DNA of 64,000 nucleotides from Paramecium tetraurelia (Eukaryota). The position numbers and the translations under genes are program-made. Shown here one piece after another: positions 14,756 to 27,100 of the stretch (its first letter is position 1; every line of letters starts with the position of its first letter). The notes below the pieces were generated by a model. That model did no database searches, was not told the origin of the DNA, and saw only the letters and a list, made by a program, of their open reading frames with translations. The DNA is taken from NCBI GenBank assembly GCA_000165425.1, contig CT868097.1, positions 68,867 through 132,866 of the forward strand. The letters run 5' to 3'.

Positions 14756-14986
14756 ATGGGAAATTGCTCATCCTAGAAAAATCATAAGAATAATACAACA
14801 ACTACCATAAAATTAGAAGAATTTATAAAAACTGTAGATCATAACAATGTCCATGATTAAGCATTGGTCATATTATATCATAGTAGAAACCAACGTCTAA
14901 ATCATTTAAATGAACCTGTATTGAGTGGTTTTGGCAAACAATTTTCCAGAACATCTGATTAATCATAACAAAGAAATTCTACTTGA
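14756..14986 (+). CDS. 76-aa small protein with N-myristoylation-like start MGNCSS
   Basis: Intronless 231-nt ATG..TGA frame in an aaaATG context, divergent from the upstream gene. Confidence 0.65.
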
Positions 14987-15186
14987 TCTTTTCTAATATT
15001 AATAATAAATTACTATTTAAATTATATTATGATGTATTATATTGTAGTTTATACCAAAATAAGTTTATAACTAACCTAATATCCTCTTACAAATAATAAT
15101 TTTCTTGATACTGATAATTGCAGATATTTTTTTATATAGATTGATTGAAATATCAAAAAAATATATTTATATATTTATATAATTAT

Positions 15187-18100
15187 ATGTTTTTTAATAT
15201 TATTGACGACTTCCTAAAATAAGATAATATTGGGATGCAAGAAGCAAATTTCAGTACAACAAGATACATTGCTTAGTTGTTGATCTCAAAGAAGAATGTA
15301 ATTGATTCCCCTTTATCCTAATAGATAGAACAAGTGTATTAAGAGATGTCAACCAAGGAAAATTAATGCGAGGAAATCATTTCCTAGATAATAGATCAGA
15401 AATATGATAAATTCAATCCAATGATTAATAAGCCTTAAATATACGGAGTAAAATAGTAAAATTATGTAGAAAGCATACGACGAATTATCCCACAATGTAA
15501 AGCAAAGTAGAAAAAGATTGTAAAGTAGCAAAGAATTGTTAAGTTCTAAGTCTGCGGAATTGAAGCATTTTTATTATTAGAATATATACTACAAGGAGAT
15601 TATTTCTACTTTAAATAAATTGAAAACTATTAGATCATCTATTAAATTGATACAAACCTAAGCTTTGAATTAACCTTATGAAGGCAGTTTGGAGTGTAGA
15701 AAAATTAAATCTTTAATAAGTATTTTCCCGAAGTAGGAGTCCTTTTAAATTCAATATATTAACAAAGGGTTCAATTTAGGACTTTCTTAAATTTTGGGGG
15801 AATTTTAAAATTAGTTAAAAGAGTTTTTCTTCTTGCAAAGGGGCTCCATCTTAAAAAGCACAGATGCTTAAAAGTATTATGATTTAGAGAGAAAAGTAAG
15901 AGATTTAAAGTCCTTAAGCGAAATCTTGCAATTCATTAAGGCAAATCTCCCAGAAGTGACACTGCAAAATGATGATGAGTTGGAACTATGTTTGATTGAT
16001 TAACAACTCAATAGCAATGAATTAATCATATCTTATAATCAATTGAAAAGGTTTATTCAAATGAGTTTTTAATTTAATGATTTTGATGCTGTAAAGTAGT
16101 ATGTCGATAACAACACATCCAAGACAGGAGACATAAATTTAAATATAAATACGTAATAAACTAGTTTATTAAATATATTTCTCTGTATCAAAGGATGTAC
16201 AATAATTAGAAAAACAAATGAATTATTAAATAAGCATTTCGAAGATTTCAAATATAATTTGTAAGATTTATTTACTAAATCTTTGACTATATTTATTAAA
16301 AGATAAACTCCCAATGACAACATTAAGATTTCATTGTTTGGAGAACTAAATTTTAGTAGTTTTGCAACTTATAAGATTATAAGTTAATTTTTCAAGAAGC
16401 TCATAGCTTATGCCATGATTATTTTGAGAAAGTAAGTGTTATTTGGAAAAACATTGCATTGCTTAAATGTTGATGTTGACGAAAACACTCTTCTACTTTC
16501 ATTATCAGAATTATGCAGATAGTTGTTTTGGTAGATCAATGTGGTTTTGAGTATGTTCTATAAGTCTTCGAAAATTAGTGAGTAGAATAAGGGTAGAGAT
16601 GTGTTGGATGTGAGAAATGAGTATCATTTATTCATTCAAACTACTCTTTAATAATTAATCAAACCTAGTCCTCTTTATTATTTATTATAGAGACATCTGT
16701 TAGATGAAGTCTTACAACAATGTATTGAGTCACTGAAGGTGTTCATGAGAGTAGAACCAATCTTCAAAGAGCCTATTGATAATGAGATTTAATTGTAGTA
16801 GGAATTAAGTAAGAGTATCTATTTAGATTGCATCAAGTAATTAAATGAAGGAGTAAAAAATGTAGTCAGAAATGTGGTGTCATTGCCAAAACGATAGAAT
16901 AAATCCTTTATCCCTCAAATAAATTATTAATTGACGTAAGATGTTCAAGATCAACAATTAAAGCAAATGCTCAGCGATTTTCATTTGATTAATCTAAAGA
17001 TGTAAATTCCTGAATCAATACAATTTTGTTATTTAATACATGAACTCAATGTCATAGATCAGATAACCAATCTTTCAATAGATTTCATTCAAATATTGAA
17101 TTGGATTTTGAATGTCTATCTCCAAGAAATACGAATAAAATTAAAAGCATCTATATAGGGTTCCCAATCAGAGATTTTGATGTATAATCAAGACAAGTAA
17201 GCCTTGCAAAAAAAGTTGTTGTCTTATATGGAATGGAAATGCAAGTTTTAATAGTCGAATCCTCTGTTAAATGATGGCATAAATACATAATAAAGACTGT
17301 AGAAGGCTAAAGGCGATAAGTAATTTAGATTTTAATTGAAATAACCTATGTATTAAGGATATATGGAATACTTGGTGAATTAGGTTGATGAATCAAAAAC
17401 GAGTCCTTTAATTAGATCGAAAGAAGTGTTGCACACATTGGGTGCATTACATGACAACATCCATGCTTTTCTAACCTTTACTTTTCAATCCATAGAGCAA
17501 TATTTAGATAAGATGTATAGATATTGATATTGATAGTGATCAATAATATTTGATAAAGTAGTTGGATATATAATAGAAGGATGTTCCATTGGAATAGCAG
17601 AGCATAAAAATCCAATTGCTTAAGATTTTTTAATTGAGGTGTGAATAGCAAAGTTTTTAGTTGGAGTAATTCAAAAACAAGAATGCAATAGAGTATACAA
17701 TTGTTAAAATAGAATAGAATTTAATATAATGACAATGTGCAATAGTCCTTTTACAGGTTCTTAAAATTATGCAATGAAATATTTCTGGTTCAATTCGATG
17801 TTTATCTGGTATTGAGATTTGAATTTCATATGAGACATTTATTGATGACCAACATTCAAGAATTCAATTTCGAATACATTAACTTTTCTCAAACTCTTAA
17901 GGAGAGTATATAAGATGAAACGGTATTTTTTATCATCATCCATGATTTTAGTTCAATATCATTACATAAGATTTCTGGACGATCTTCAAGGCGAGTTTGA
18001 AGGCTTAGTTCATAAGGTAGAGGGACTTCAATCCAAAGAAAATTTAGATGATTTTGAAGGATCTTAATGTTATGAAGGATGAGATGAATAATCAAGGAAA

Positions 18101-18269
18101 AAGAATTTCACATTTGCGAAGATACTTCAAGTTGTATTTAGTGAATGGATAGGACATAGAGAAGTTCCTAAAGATCAACGCTTATAAATACAAATTTGAT
18201 CAAATATAGGAATATTGTAAATTAGTCAAAGTGGAGAATGCGGAATCATTAAGAAAGTATTGTTTATGA
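15187..18269 (+). CDS. SEC8: Exocyst subunit Sec8 (EXOC4)-like protein
   Basis: N-terminal RKRLQSSKELLSSKSAELKHFYYQNIYYKEIISTLNKL resembles the Sec8 N-terminal coiled coil; C-terminal YLVLRFEFHMR resembles Sec8 LxLE..C. About 1000 aa, helical, with several introns. Confidence 0.65.
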
Positions 18270-18345
18270 GCAAAGGTGTGATTTTGATATAAATAGTAAA
18301 TGGATCCGTATATTGTTTTTATTTAATAATTATATTATTTACAAT

Positions 18346-19551
18346 ATGAATAAGGTATTAGTGTTATCACTGACATGTCTAATTAGTATTAAAGGATTTG
18401 AAATTGATTTCTCATTGCTCTTGCAAGTATGAATCATAGAAATAATTAACCAAAAGACAGGATCTGAATCAAATTATGCATTTTAGTCTGTTTATGATTT
18501 ATTGAATGATTTGAAGACAAACAACATAGAGGCTTAAGGAGTGGCAGATGAGAAGAACATTTCAGATGAGGTGATTGGATAAACTAGAATAGTGCTTTAT
18601 GGAAAGAGATGGTTAAACAAAAAACCTTTGATAATTGCAAAACTTAGAATAGAAAAAATTGATGTTTAATTAAGAGTAATACTTAGAGTGATATGTATAT
18701 ATAGATGGCTAAAGATTAAATTGCCTTAGCTACCTAAAAATTGGTGAATATTCACAAAAGACCTATTGGGTTGTAAGAGTTTAGATGTCTTTCAAATGGT
18801 TTGCTTGAGAGAGCCATCAAATAGCCATTAGGATGCTTTGAGAGTGATTAGTATATTAAAGAATGACTTAAGTGGATATTTGACAGGTCAATCATCCTCA
18901 TTGGGATAGATTAATGTGCACAATGTATCTGACAAATTGAAATAATACAGTCATCTGTTTAATCAAGATGCAATTACCAAATTTGCATAATTAGCTGCTG
19001 AATAGGCTTAAGGTGATGCAGAATTGAATGCAGTTGGTCAAAAGGAAGGAGCATCATCAGACAGATTACCAGGACACAATATTGGTCAATTGGTTTAAAA
19101 TGTTCTCTCAGATCTTGAGGATTAATTGAAGGGATCCTTAGCCGATTTAAAGGCCAATGAAATTGCTGCCTATTATTAATTCGCCGATTCGTTAGCAGAC
19201 ACAGAATCTGAAATTGCTCATCTTAATGAAGAAATCTAAAGGAAGACCCTATTGTAAGACATGTTGGTTGTGGTATGTAAGATTCTACATAATTGTAAAG
19301 TAACGAAAAGCTGCTCTTGCTGTGCACAGCTATGCCTTCAGAGCGTTGAGGGATTCTCAAAATACCCTTAATGCAGCTGCAGCATCCTTGTAGAAGTTGA
19401 GAGACCTATACGAGACTCAGTTGAATAGAAGAAACGGTAAGGAGATCAAATTAATATTTAAGTGGAGAATGCCATAATTGATGAGGTTATCCATATCTTC
19501 AAGTAACAAGTGTGGGAAATGGCTAATTAAAGTTCTTATGGAAAGAAATGA
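18346..19551 (+). pseudogene. Trichocyst matrix protein (TMP family) gene with a +1 frameshift
   Basis: Signal peptide, VYDLLNDLK, RCLSNGL, NEIAAYYQ and LNRRN-ENAIIDEVIHIFKQQV motifs, four tiny introns. An extra C at 18825-18826 breaks the frame and gives a TGA near 18865. Confidence 0.75.
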
Positions 19552-19579
19552 TTAATATACATATATATTAATAGTAAAA

Positions 19580-21005
19580 ATAGGAGAAAAATATTAAAGG
19601 ACATTTTACATAATCCTTGCAATAATTTGGGTTAATTGCTAATTTGATCAGTTTAGTAAACATAATCCTATCTACACACCCAGGGTATGGATATTTATAT
19701 TAACATTAGTTTGATGAAGTCCTGACTGAATTGGTGGGCACCCTTGGAGAAGCTAAATGGGCTGAAATTACTAGACAGATGAAAACGATTTATGGACTTT
19801 CTATTCCCCATAAACCAATGGTGTAAGCTAGATGGAGAGCAATAGATCCAAAAATTAATAGACAAATATTTTCAGCGGAAGAAACAGTCACTCATTGGCA
19901 TATTTGTGTCAAATATAAGTGTCATTGGGATGCAGTCAAAGCTGAATATGAAGCAATTGGTTAAATCAGAGACAAATGTTTTTTGAGTCAAAAATTCTAT
20001 GCACATTTCTAATTCAAATTGGTTGATTTAAATAGAATGATGGGTAAGATGGTAGCCTACAATTAACCTAAAATTGAAAATATGAGAGATACAACAAAAA
20101 AAAGAATCTTGGAAATCAATGCCAGAGAAGCATCCAGCGTTAAAGATCAATCTGCAAGAGAAATCATATAAAGTTGTTAAATGCTCATCAAATTATTGAC
20201 TTATGTCGTTGACAATCATAAAGAAGACTATAAAGTGATTACAGAAGAATTGAAAAAGATGATCACTCCAGAGAAGTTTGCCAGAGTCCTTCAAAACATA
20301 TTCATTATTGATTTAATTGTGTTGATAGCTTGCAACGAATTGAAACCATCTGATGAAACTCCAGATTTCATTAAAATGGATGAAAGAAAGAAAATCAAGT
20401 ATAAAAAGCCAACTAAAGTTAAAAGATGGGATGAAGCACTTCTATTAAGTTCAAGTCCAGAAAACACTGAAGATGAAGATGTACTCAGAACTGAATAGGA
20501 GATCAACAAAGTTACTGGAGGAACCAATTTCACAAAAGCAGATATGGAAGAAATTAAGTAGAGTCCAATTTATTGTGTTTGCAATACAGATTAAAATCAA
20601 ACATTTTATGATTGGTACAATGAAGCCAAAATTCAGAAGGCAACTTTAAAAACAGACTTATTAGTTGATGTCATGGATATCATGAGTAATAAAGAGAAGT
20701 AGAAATCTGAGAAGAGTAAACCTCCTGTTTAAAAAAGAACAGCGTTATTGGCAAAGAAATAAATGAAGTTGATTGAAAAAAAGAAAAATGAACTTATGAA
20801 ACAAGATAAGGATGATAAAATTAAGACTGTGAGAGGCAAAATTAAAATCGATAAGGAAGTATTCCCAGGGTGTTACACCAAGTTCTTTGACAAAGAAGAT
20901 GAGGATGATTATGGAGATAGTCAAGACAATCCAATATATTCAGCTATTGATGCAGATCAGATCTACTAGATTATTATGCAGCAGAAATAAGCACAAGATA
21001 ATTGA
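19580..21005 (+). CDS. Myb/SANT-like (two repeats) protein; 5' end uncertain
   Basis: YTPR|FDEVLTELVGTLGEAKWAEI...QARWRAIDPKINRQIFSAEE...HWDAV shows Myb Trp spacing. Intron 19685-19709. No in-frame ATG upstream of the first repeat. Confidence 0.7.
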
Positions 21006-21114
21006 ATAATCCTTACATAATTATTTATGATAATATAGATTTTATTATAATCATTATATAATTATTAATTAGATGATGTCACACAAAAATTTGTTTTCTA
21101 AGATTTAAAATAAT

Positions 21115-24100
21115 ATGAAAAGCAAGATAATCGCCTATTTTGTCTTAATTTCTCTTGTCTCATCTTAGATGACCCTCGTAAGTGAGGATCTCATGAATTT
21201 CTCTGTATCCGATAGTAATTGGAATTATGCTACTGCATGCGATTGGACCTATAGTGCTACCACAACATCTCAAGTTGCAGGTTGCACCCCAAGCAATTTC
21301 TAATACTCTTATGTGGGATAAACCTATAGTAGATAAATGTATACAGTTACAAGTATGCCTCCGCATTTTTAAGTTAAAATCATAGTGGATGGCTATTTTA
21401 TTAATTCAGGCAACAACATGAACACCATTAATTACGATTGCAATGTCTCAACCACAGCTACAAAGACTTTCTAATTTAAAAACAATGGAGCGAATAGCGT
21501 TAAAAACTATTAAAATGTTTGCAATGCAAGTTGGGGAAACTTTTAGATCTAAACGTATATTCTAACTTATGTGCACAACGATAATGATACACTGTAATTC
21601 AGGGTTTGTGGAACATTAAATGCTGGGTAGACCTATGGAACACGCAGTTTATAAATATACGTTGATCGCTGTCATTGGTCTTGCATGAAATGCGAAACAA
21701 GTTCAGCTAGTAATAAATGCAAGGTCTGTTTTAACAATCCCACCGTCACTTTGGCAACAGCCAGTACTTGTGGTCTATGCCCCACAAATTACCTTTATAT
21801 AGAGTATCTGAATAGCTCAAAAGGATGTTTTACTGAATGCCAACATTATAGAGTGCCAGACTCAAATAATGTATGCTAATTCAACGAGAGTAAGATGATC
21901 CTTATTTATTATAGATATGTTACCATTTACAACCTATCTAGATACAAGTACATTTACAACTGCATCTCCTTGGGTCTTTGTTCCTGATCCTTTCAATTTT
22001 AATATTGTCAATGTAGAAAGAATATCTTAAATACCTTGTCAAACTACTAAAAATTACTTAGGCCCATTTTATTCAAATGAAGGATATAAATTATAGTTAT
22101 CATTACCCTATAATCTAACTTACATAAGATTTCGTGTAACTTTATTGAAATTTGGAACTTGGACAGATTATTCAACCATAAGAATACTTTTAGATAGTGA
22201 TGAATAGGCATCCATCTACACTATTAGTAATGCCATACTAAACAGAAATGGATAAGCATTATTAACAGATACAAATTGCACAAGTCCTGTAGTTACCTAT
22301 TACAGAATGGAAGCAAAGTTAAGAAGTAACGTTGTATCTCCAATCTTATGGATATAGGGAAACATGGAGTAAGAAATTAAATTTATTTCAGCACTGCTGG
22401 ATCCTAATCTTGGGGATTTAGAAATGTGGTTTTGGATATAATGAAATGTTAATCAACCTGTTCCTGGTGTGATTATGATTTGAAATGCTATGCTTGCTCT
22501 ACAGGAGTGTTGTATAAGAATAGATGCGTACCTTCATGTCCTCCTTATTCGACTTTGAGTTCTGGTAAATGCTTAGACTTTGATGAAGTCGTCTAAAGTA
22601 GTAACTCTATTTAATGTAGATACTAGATATATAGTAAAGGCCTTCTATGATTCCACTAATACCACAGAAACAGATATACCTGCCATCATAGGGACTCCAT
22701 CTTCAAGTGCTTCAGACTTTTAAACCACCAACACGTTCATAGGATCTGGACCCACAATCTATTTTAGTTATTACTTAGGCAAAAGAGCTTTAGGTGGTCC
22801 TTTAGTTTGGAACAAGGCTATTTTTACTTAGAATTTTGTCCTGAACCCGCATTATAAATTCAGAATCAAATTTACTCTAGTTTTGGGAGATGATTTTGTC
22901 AACGCTGGAGATTTTCGCTATACTGTAGGAGGATTCTCTTAATAAATTATAACCTATGCTTAAGGAGCTACTACTTCTAATAATATTGGAGCTTTGGGTG
23001 TGGATAAATTTATACAAGTAGATAGAACAGAGAATCACTCTCTGAGTAGTTTCTAAGTGATTTTATAATGCAATGCAAGTTCATCTCAATCTATTAATGA
23101 CAATTTTTGTTTAATATATAACTATTTCATTCTTATCTTAGAAGTATTTTAATATAATAATTATAGTGCACTCAATATTGTACAGCATGCACAGGTCCCA
23201 CATGGGCAGAATGCACTGGTCAATCCGCAATACCAACTGGAATGCTTACCCCAACCTCTTGTGTAGATGCCACTTATTATCTTGATAGTTCAGTCACTCC
23301 TGCTGTATGCACAAAATGTTCCCCTTCATATTGTTTAGAATGTACAAATCAATACATCTGCACTAAATGTGCAACCAATTTTTATTTATCCAATGGCACA
23401 TGTTAATGTTATTCATGGACTTATTTAACAGCCACGAACACTTGTGATAATTGTCACGATTAATGTTCTAGTTGCTATGGCTCTGCAAAAAACTAATGTT
23501 TATCATGCAAGAATTCTCAACATAGATATATTAATAATAATGTGTGTCTTTGTTAAAATAACTATTACGATGATGGAGTAAGTAATAAATGTCAATCTGT
23601 ATGTGGTGATATGGTAGTGACTGATGGTGAAGATTGCGATGATGGTAACACAACAAGATTCGATGGATGCAATAATTGTAAATATGAGTGCCAAAAGGAA
23701 TGTTCAATTTGTGTCAATGGTAAATGTTCAGTCTGTTCAACTGGATATGTCTTGAATTCTACCATGAAGTGGTGCATTCCTTTATGCGGAGACAACATAA
23801 TAGTAGGATCTGAGCAATGTGATAATACCTACAATTATCCCATCAGATATTGCTTCAATTGTCTATAACAATGTTAATCTCAATGCTTAAATTGCTAATA
23901 AGGATTGTGTTATAGTTGTGATAATACTTAGGGATATTATGTGAATTAGACTCTCTTAAGATGTGAAACTTAATGTGGAGATGGAATTATAGCAGGAGTT
24001 GAAGCATGTGATGATGCTAATATCACTTCATTTGATGGGTGTCACAATTGTTATTTCTAATGCGATTCCTTTTGCGATATTTGTTTGTTCTCGATATGTA

Positions 24101-27100
24101 CTAAATGCTAAACAGGATATCAATTATACAGCAAAACTAATCAATGCTTACCAATATGTGGAGACAATTATATTACATTCTATGAATCATGTGATGATGG
24201 AAATTTGATTAGAACTGATGGTTGTGTTCAATGTTAATTCTAGTGTTAAGATGAATGCACCAACTGTATATTGGGTTAATGTTATGAATGTAATACACCA
24301 GGTTATACATTAAACTAGAAACTATTAAAATGTGTTCCTGTTTGTGGAGATGGAGTTACAACTTAATTTCAAGAATAATGTGATGATCTGAATTCTGAAT
24401 TTGAAGATGGTTGTTATCAATGTAGATATGAATGTTAGGCTGAATGTGCAGTTTGTGCTGCAGGAATATGTTATTCATGCAAATCTAATTATTATCTGGA
24501 TTAAAATAATATTTGTACTCCTCTTTGTGGAAATGGAGTTGTTTCAAAATATGAACAGTGTGATGACAGTAACACAGTTCTAGATGATGGATGTAATTAA
24601 TGTGTTTTCAATTGCGATTAATATTGTGATTAATGTATCTTTGGAGTATGCAAAAAGTGCATTACTGGTTACAACTTAAATTACAGTTAAAAAGTATGTA
24701 CTTCAATTTGTGGAGATGGGATTATCACAACTGAAGAATAATGTGATGATATTTAAAATGAATAATTAAACCATGAAATGGAATGTATAAGCTGTTAATT
24801 ATAATGTCAATAAGAATGTGAATTTTGTGTATTAGGGTAGTGTTAGAGATGTAAACAATATAACGGATATTATTTAGATTCAGAAACTGGCACATGTGTC
24901 AGCCTATGTGGAGATGCTATTGTAAGTTTAAATGAACAGTGTGATGATTAGAATTCACAGTTATTTGATGGTTGCCAATATTGTTTATAAGTCTGTGATG
25001 ATGAATGTTATGATTGCAAATATGGAATTTGTTTTAGTTGTAATAGTGGATATGAATTAATAAACTAAAATTGTATATCAATATGTGGAGATGGAATTGT
25101 AACCAAAGATGAAGATTGTGATTTTGGAATAGAAACAATTAATGATTATGGATGTATCAGTTGTAAATTTGAATGTGATGAGGGTTGTAACTAATGTGTC
25201 AATGGACGATGTTTAGAATGCAAAAATGAAAAGGGTTGGCATATTAATTAAATAGATTAATAATGTAATTCTTAATGTGGTGATTTTATTGTAAGTAATA
25301 ATGAAATGTGTGATGAAAATTCCAGTTTTTGTGACTCTTGTGCTTTAGTTTGTGACGATAACTGTTCCCAATGTTTTTTAGGCATATGTTCTTAGTGCCA
25401 AAATGGATATTACCTTGATGAAAATAAGTGTTCCAGTAAGTGTGGAGATCTAATAGAGAGTGACAATGAGTAATGTGAAAGTGACGATCTGATCCCGTTC
25501 GATGGTTGTTATTTATGTGAATACTCATGTTAAACTTAATGCATCACATGTTTAAATGGTGGTTGTATAGAATGTGATGAGATAAACGGTTGGTACATAA
25601 ACAAAGAATAATGTCATACTATATGTGGAGATGGAATCAAAGCAGGCGATGAGGAGTGTGATATAGATATCAATTTAGATTAAGGGGACATATCGTTAAA
25701 TACATGTTTTGATTGTAAAATCCTTTGTGTAGAAAATTGCAAGTTGTGTGATAAAGGACAATGCACAAAATGTATTGATGGTTATGAATTAAATGATGAT
25801 AAGGAATGCATTCAATTATGTGATAGTTAATAGACACATCAAAAACAATGTGAAGATGATAATTTAGAAGCTTTTGATGGATGTTTCAAATGTAGTTTTG
25901 ATTGCGAGGATTTGTGTTAAAGTTGTGTTTAAGGAGTCTGCCAATCATGTAAATTGGGTTATCAGATGAATAAAAATGGAAAGTGCGAGTCAGTATGTGG
26001 TGATGGATATTTAAGTGAAATAGAATTTTGTGATGATGGGAATAACATTGAATTCGATGGATGCTATTAATGTAAATATTCATGTCCTTAACATTGTCAG
26101 ACTTGTGTGAAAGGTCAATGCAAGGTTTGTGAAATAGGGTATCATTTTGAGTATTTGAATTGTATTACTGATTGCACAGACTTGATTCTATCGTAAAGTG
26201 AAACTAAATGTAATAAAGTATAATGTCAAAATTAATGTGAAGTTTGCATGGATGGATAGTGTTATCAATGTAGGTAAGGTTGGTATTGGAATTAAATGAA
26301 ATTGAATTGTGAGAGTTTATGTGGCGATGATGTAATAATAGGTGATGAGTAATGTGATTATGCATCTGCATTAGATCAAATAAATCCTAAATGTAATAAT
26401 GATTGCCAATTTGAATGTCCTGATGATTGTTTGTAATGTGAATTTGGAGTTTGTAAGAAATGTTAAGTTGGATACTTCTTGAGTGGTAACATTTGTTATA
26501 GTCAATGTGGAGATTTACTGATTAATTCAAATGAATAATGTGATGACAATAATTTAGCACCCTTTGATGGATGCTACCTATGTTCTTTGGATTGTTAGTC
26601 TCAGTGTGAAATATGCGTTTAAGGTCTATGTGAGAAGTGTTTGATTGGTTATGAATTAATAGACAATAATTGTATACCAATTTGTGGAGATGGAATTGTG
26701 ACTAAAGACGAGTATTGCGATGATAAATTTGATGATTCATTGAGTTGTGAGAATTGTAAGTTCTCATGTGATATGTATTGTTAATTTTGCCAATATGGAA
26801 GATGTGTATTCTGTAAAATAGGATTTGAATTAAAGGGTAATAGTTGCTAACCAATTTGTGGAGATGGATTGATTTCAGGATATGAATAATGTGATGATGA
26901 AAACTCATTGGCAGAAGATGGATGTTTTGAATGTAGCTATTCATGTTAACATTAATGTTTAACTTGTCAGACTGGTTATTGTTTGGAATGTGATTCAACT
27001 AATGGTTGGTAACTTACTCCATAAGGAATGTGCATAGCCATTTGTGGAGATTTAAAAGTAACAGGGGATGAACAATGTGATGATGGTAATGAAATTAATT

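Noticed and set aside
3864..19551. Apparent trafficking/secretion cluster (Vps39, Sec8, TMP) and tRNA-modification pair (ELP2, DTWD1)
   Set aside because: The genes are interspersed with unrelated ones in mixed orientation; chance co-location is sufficient.
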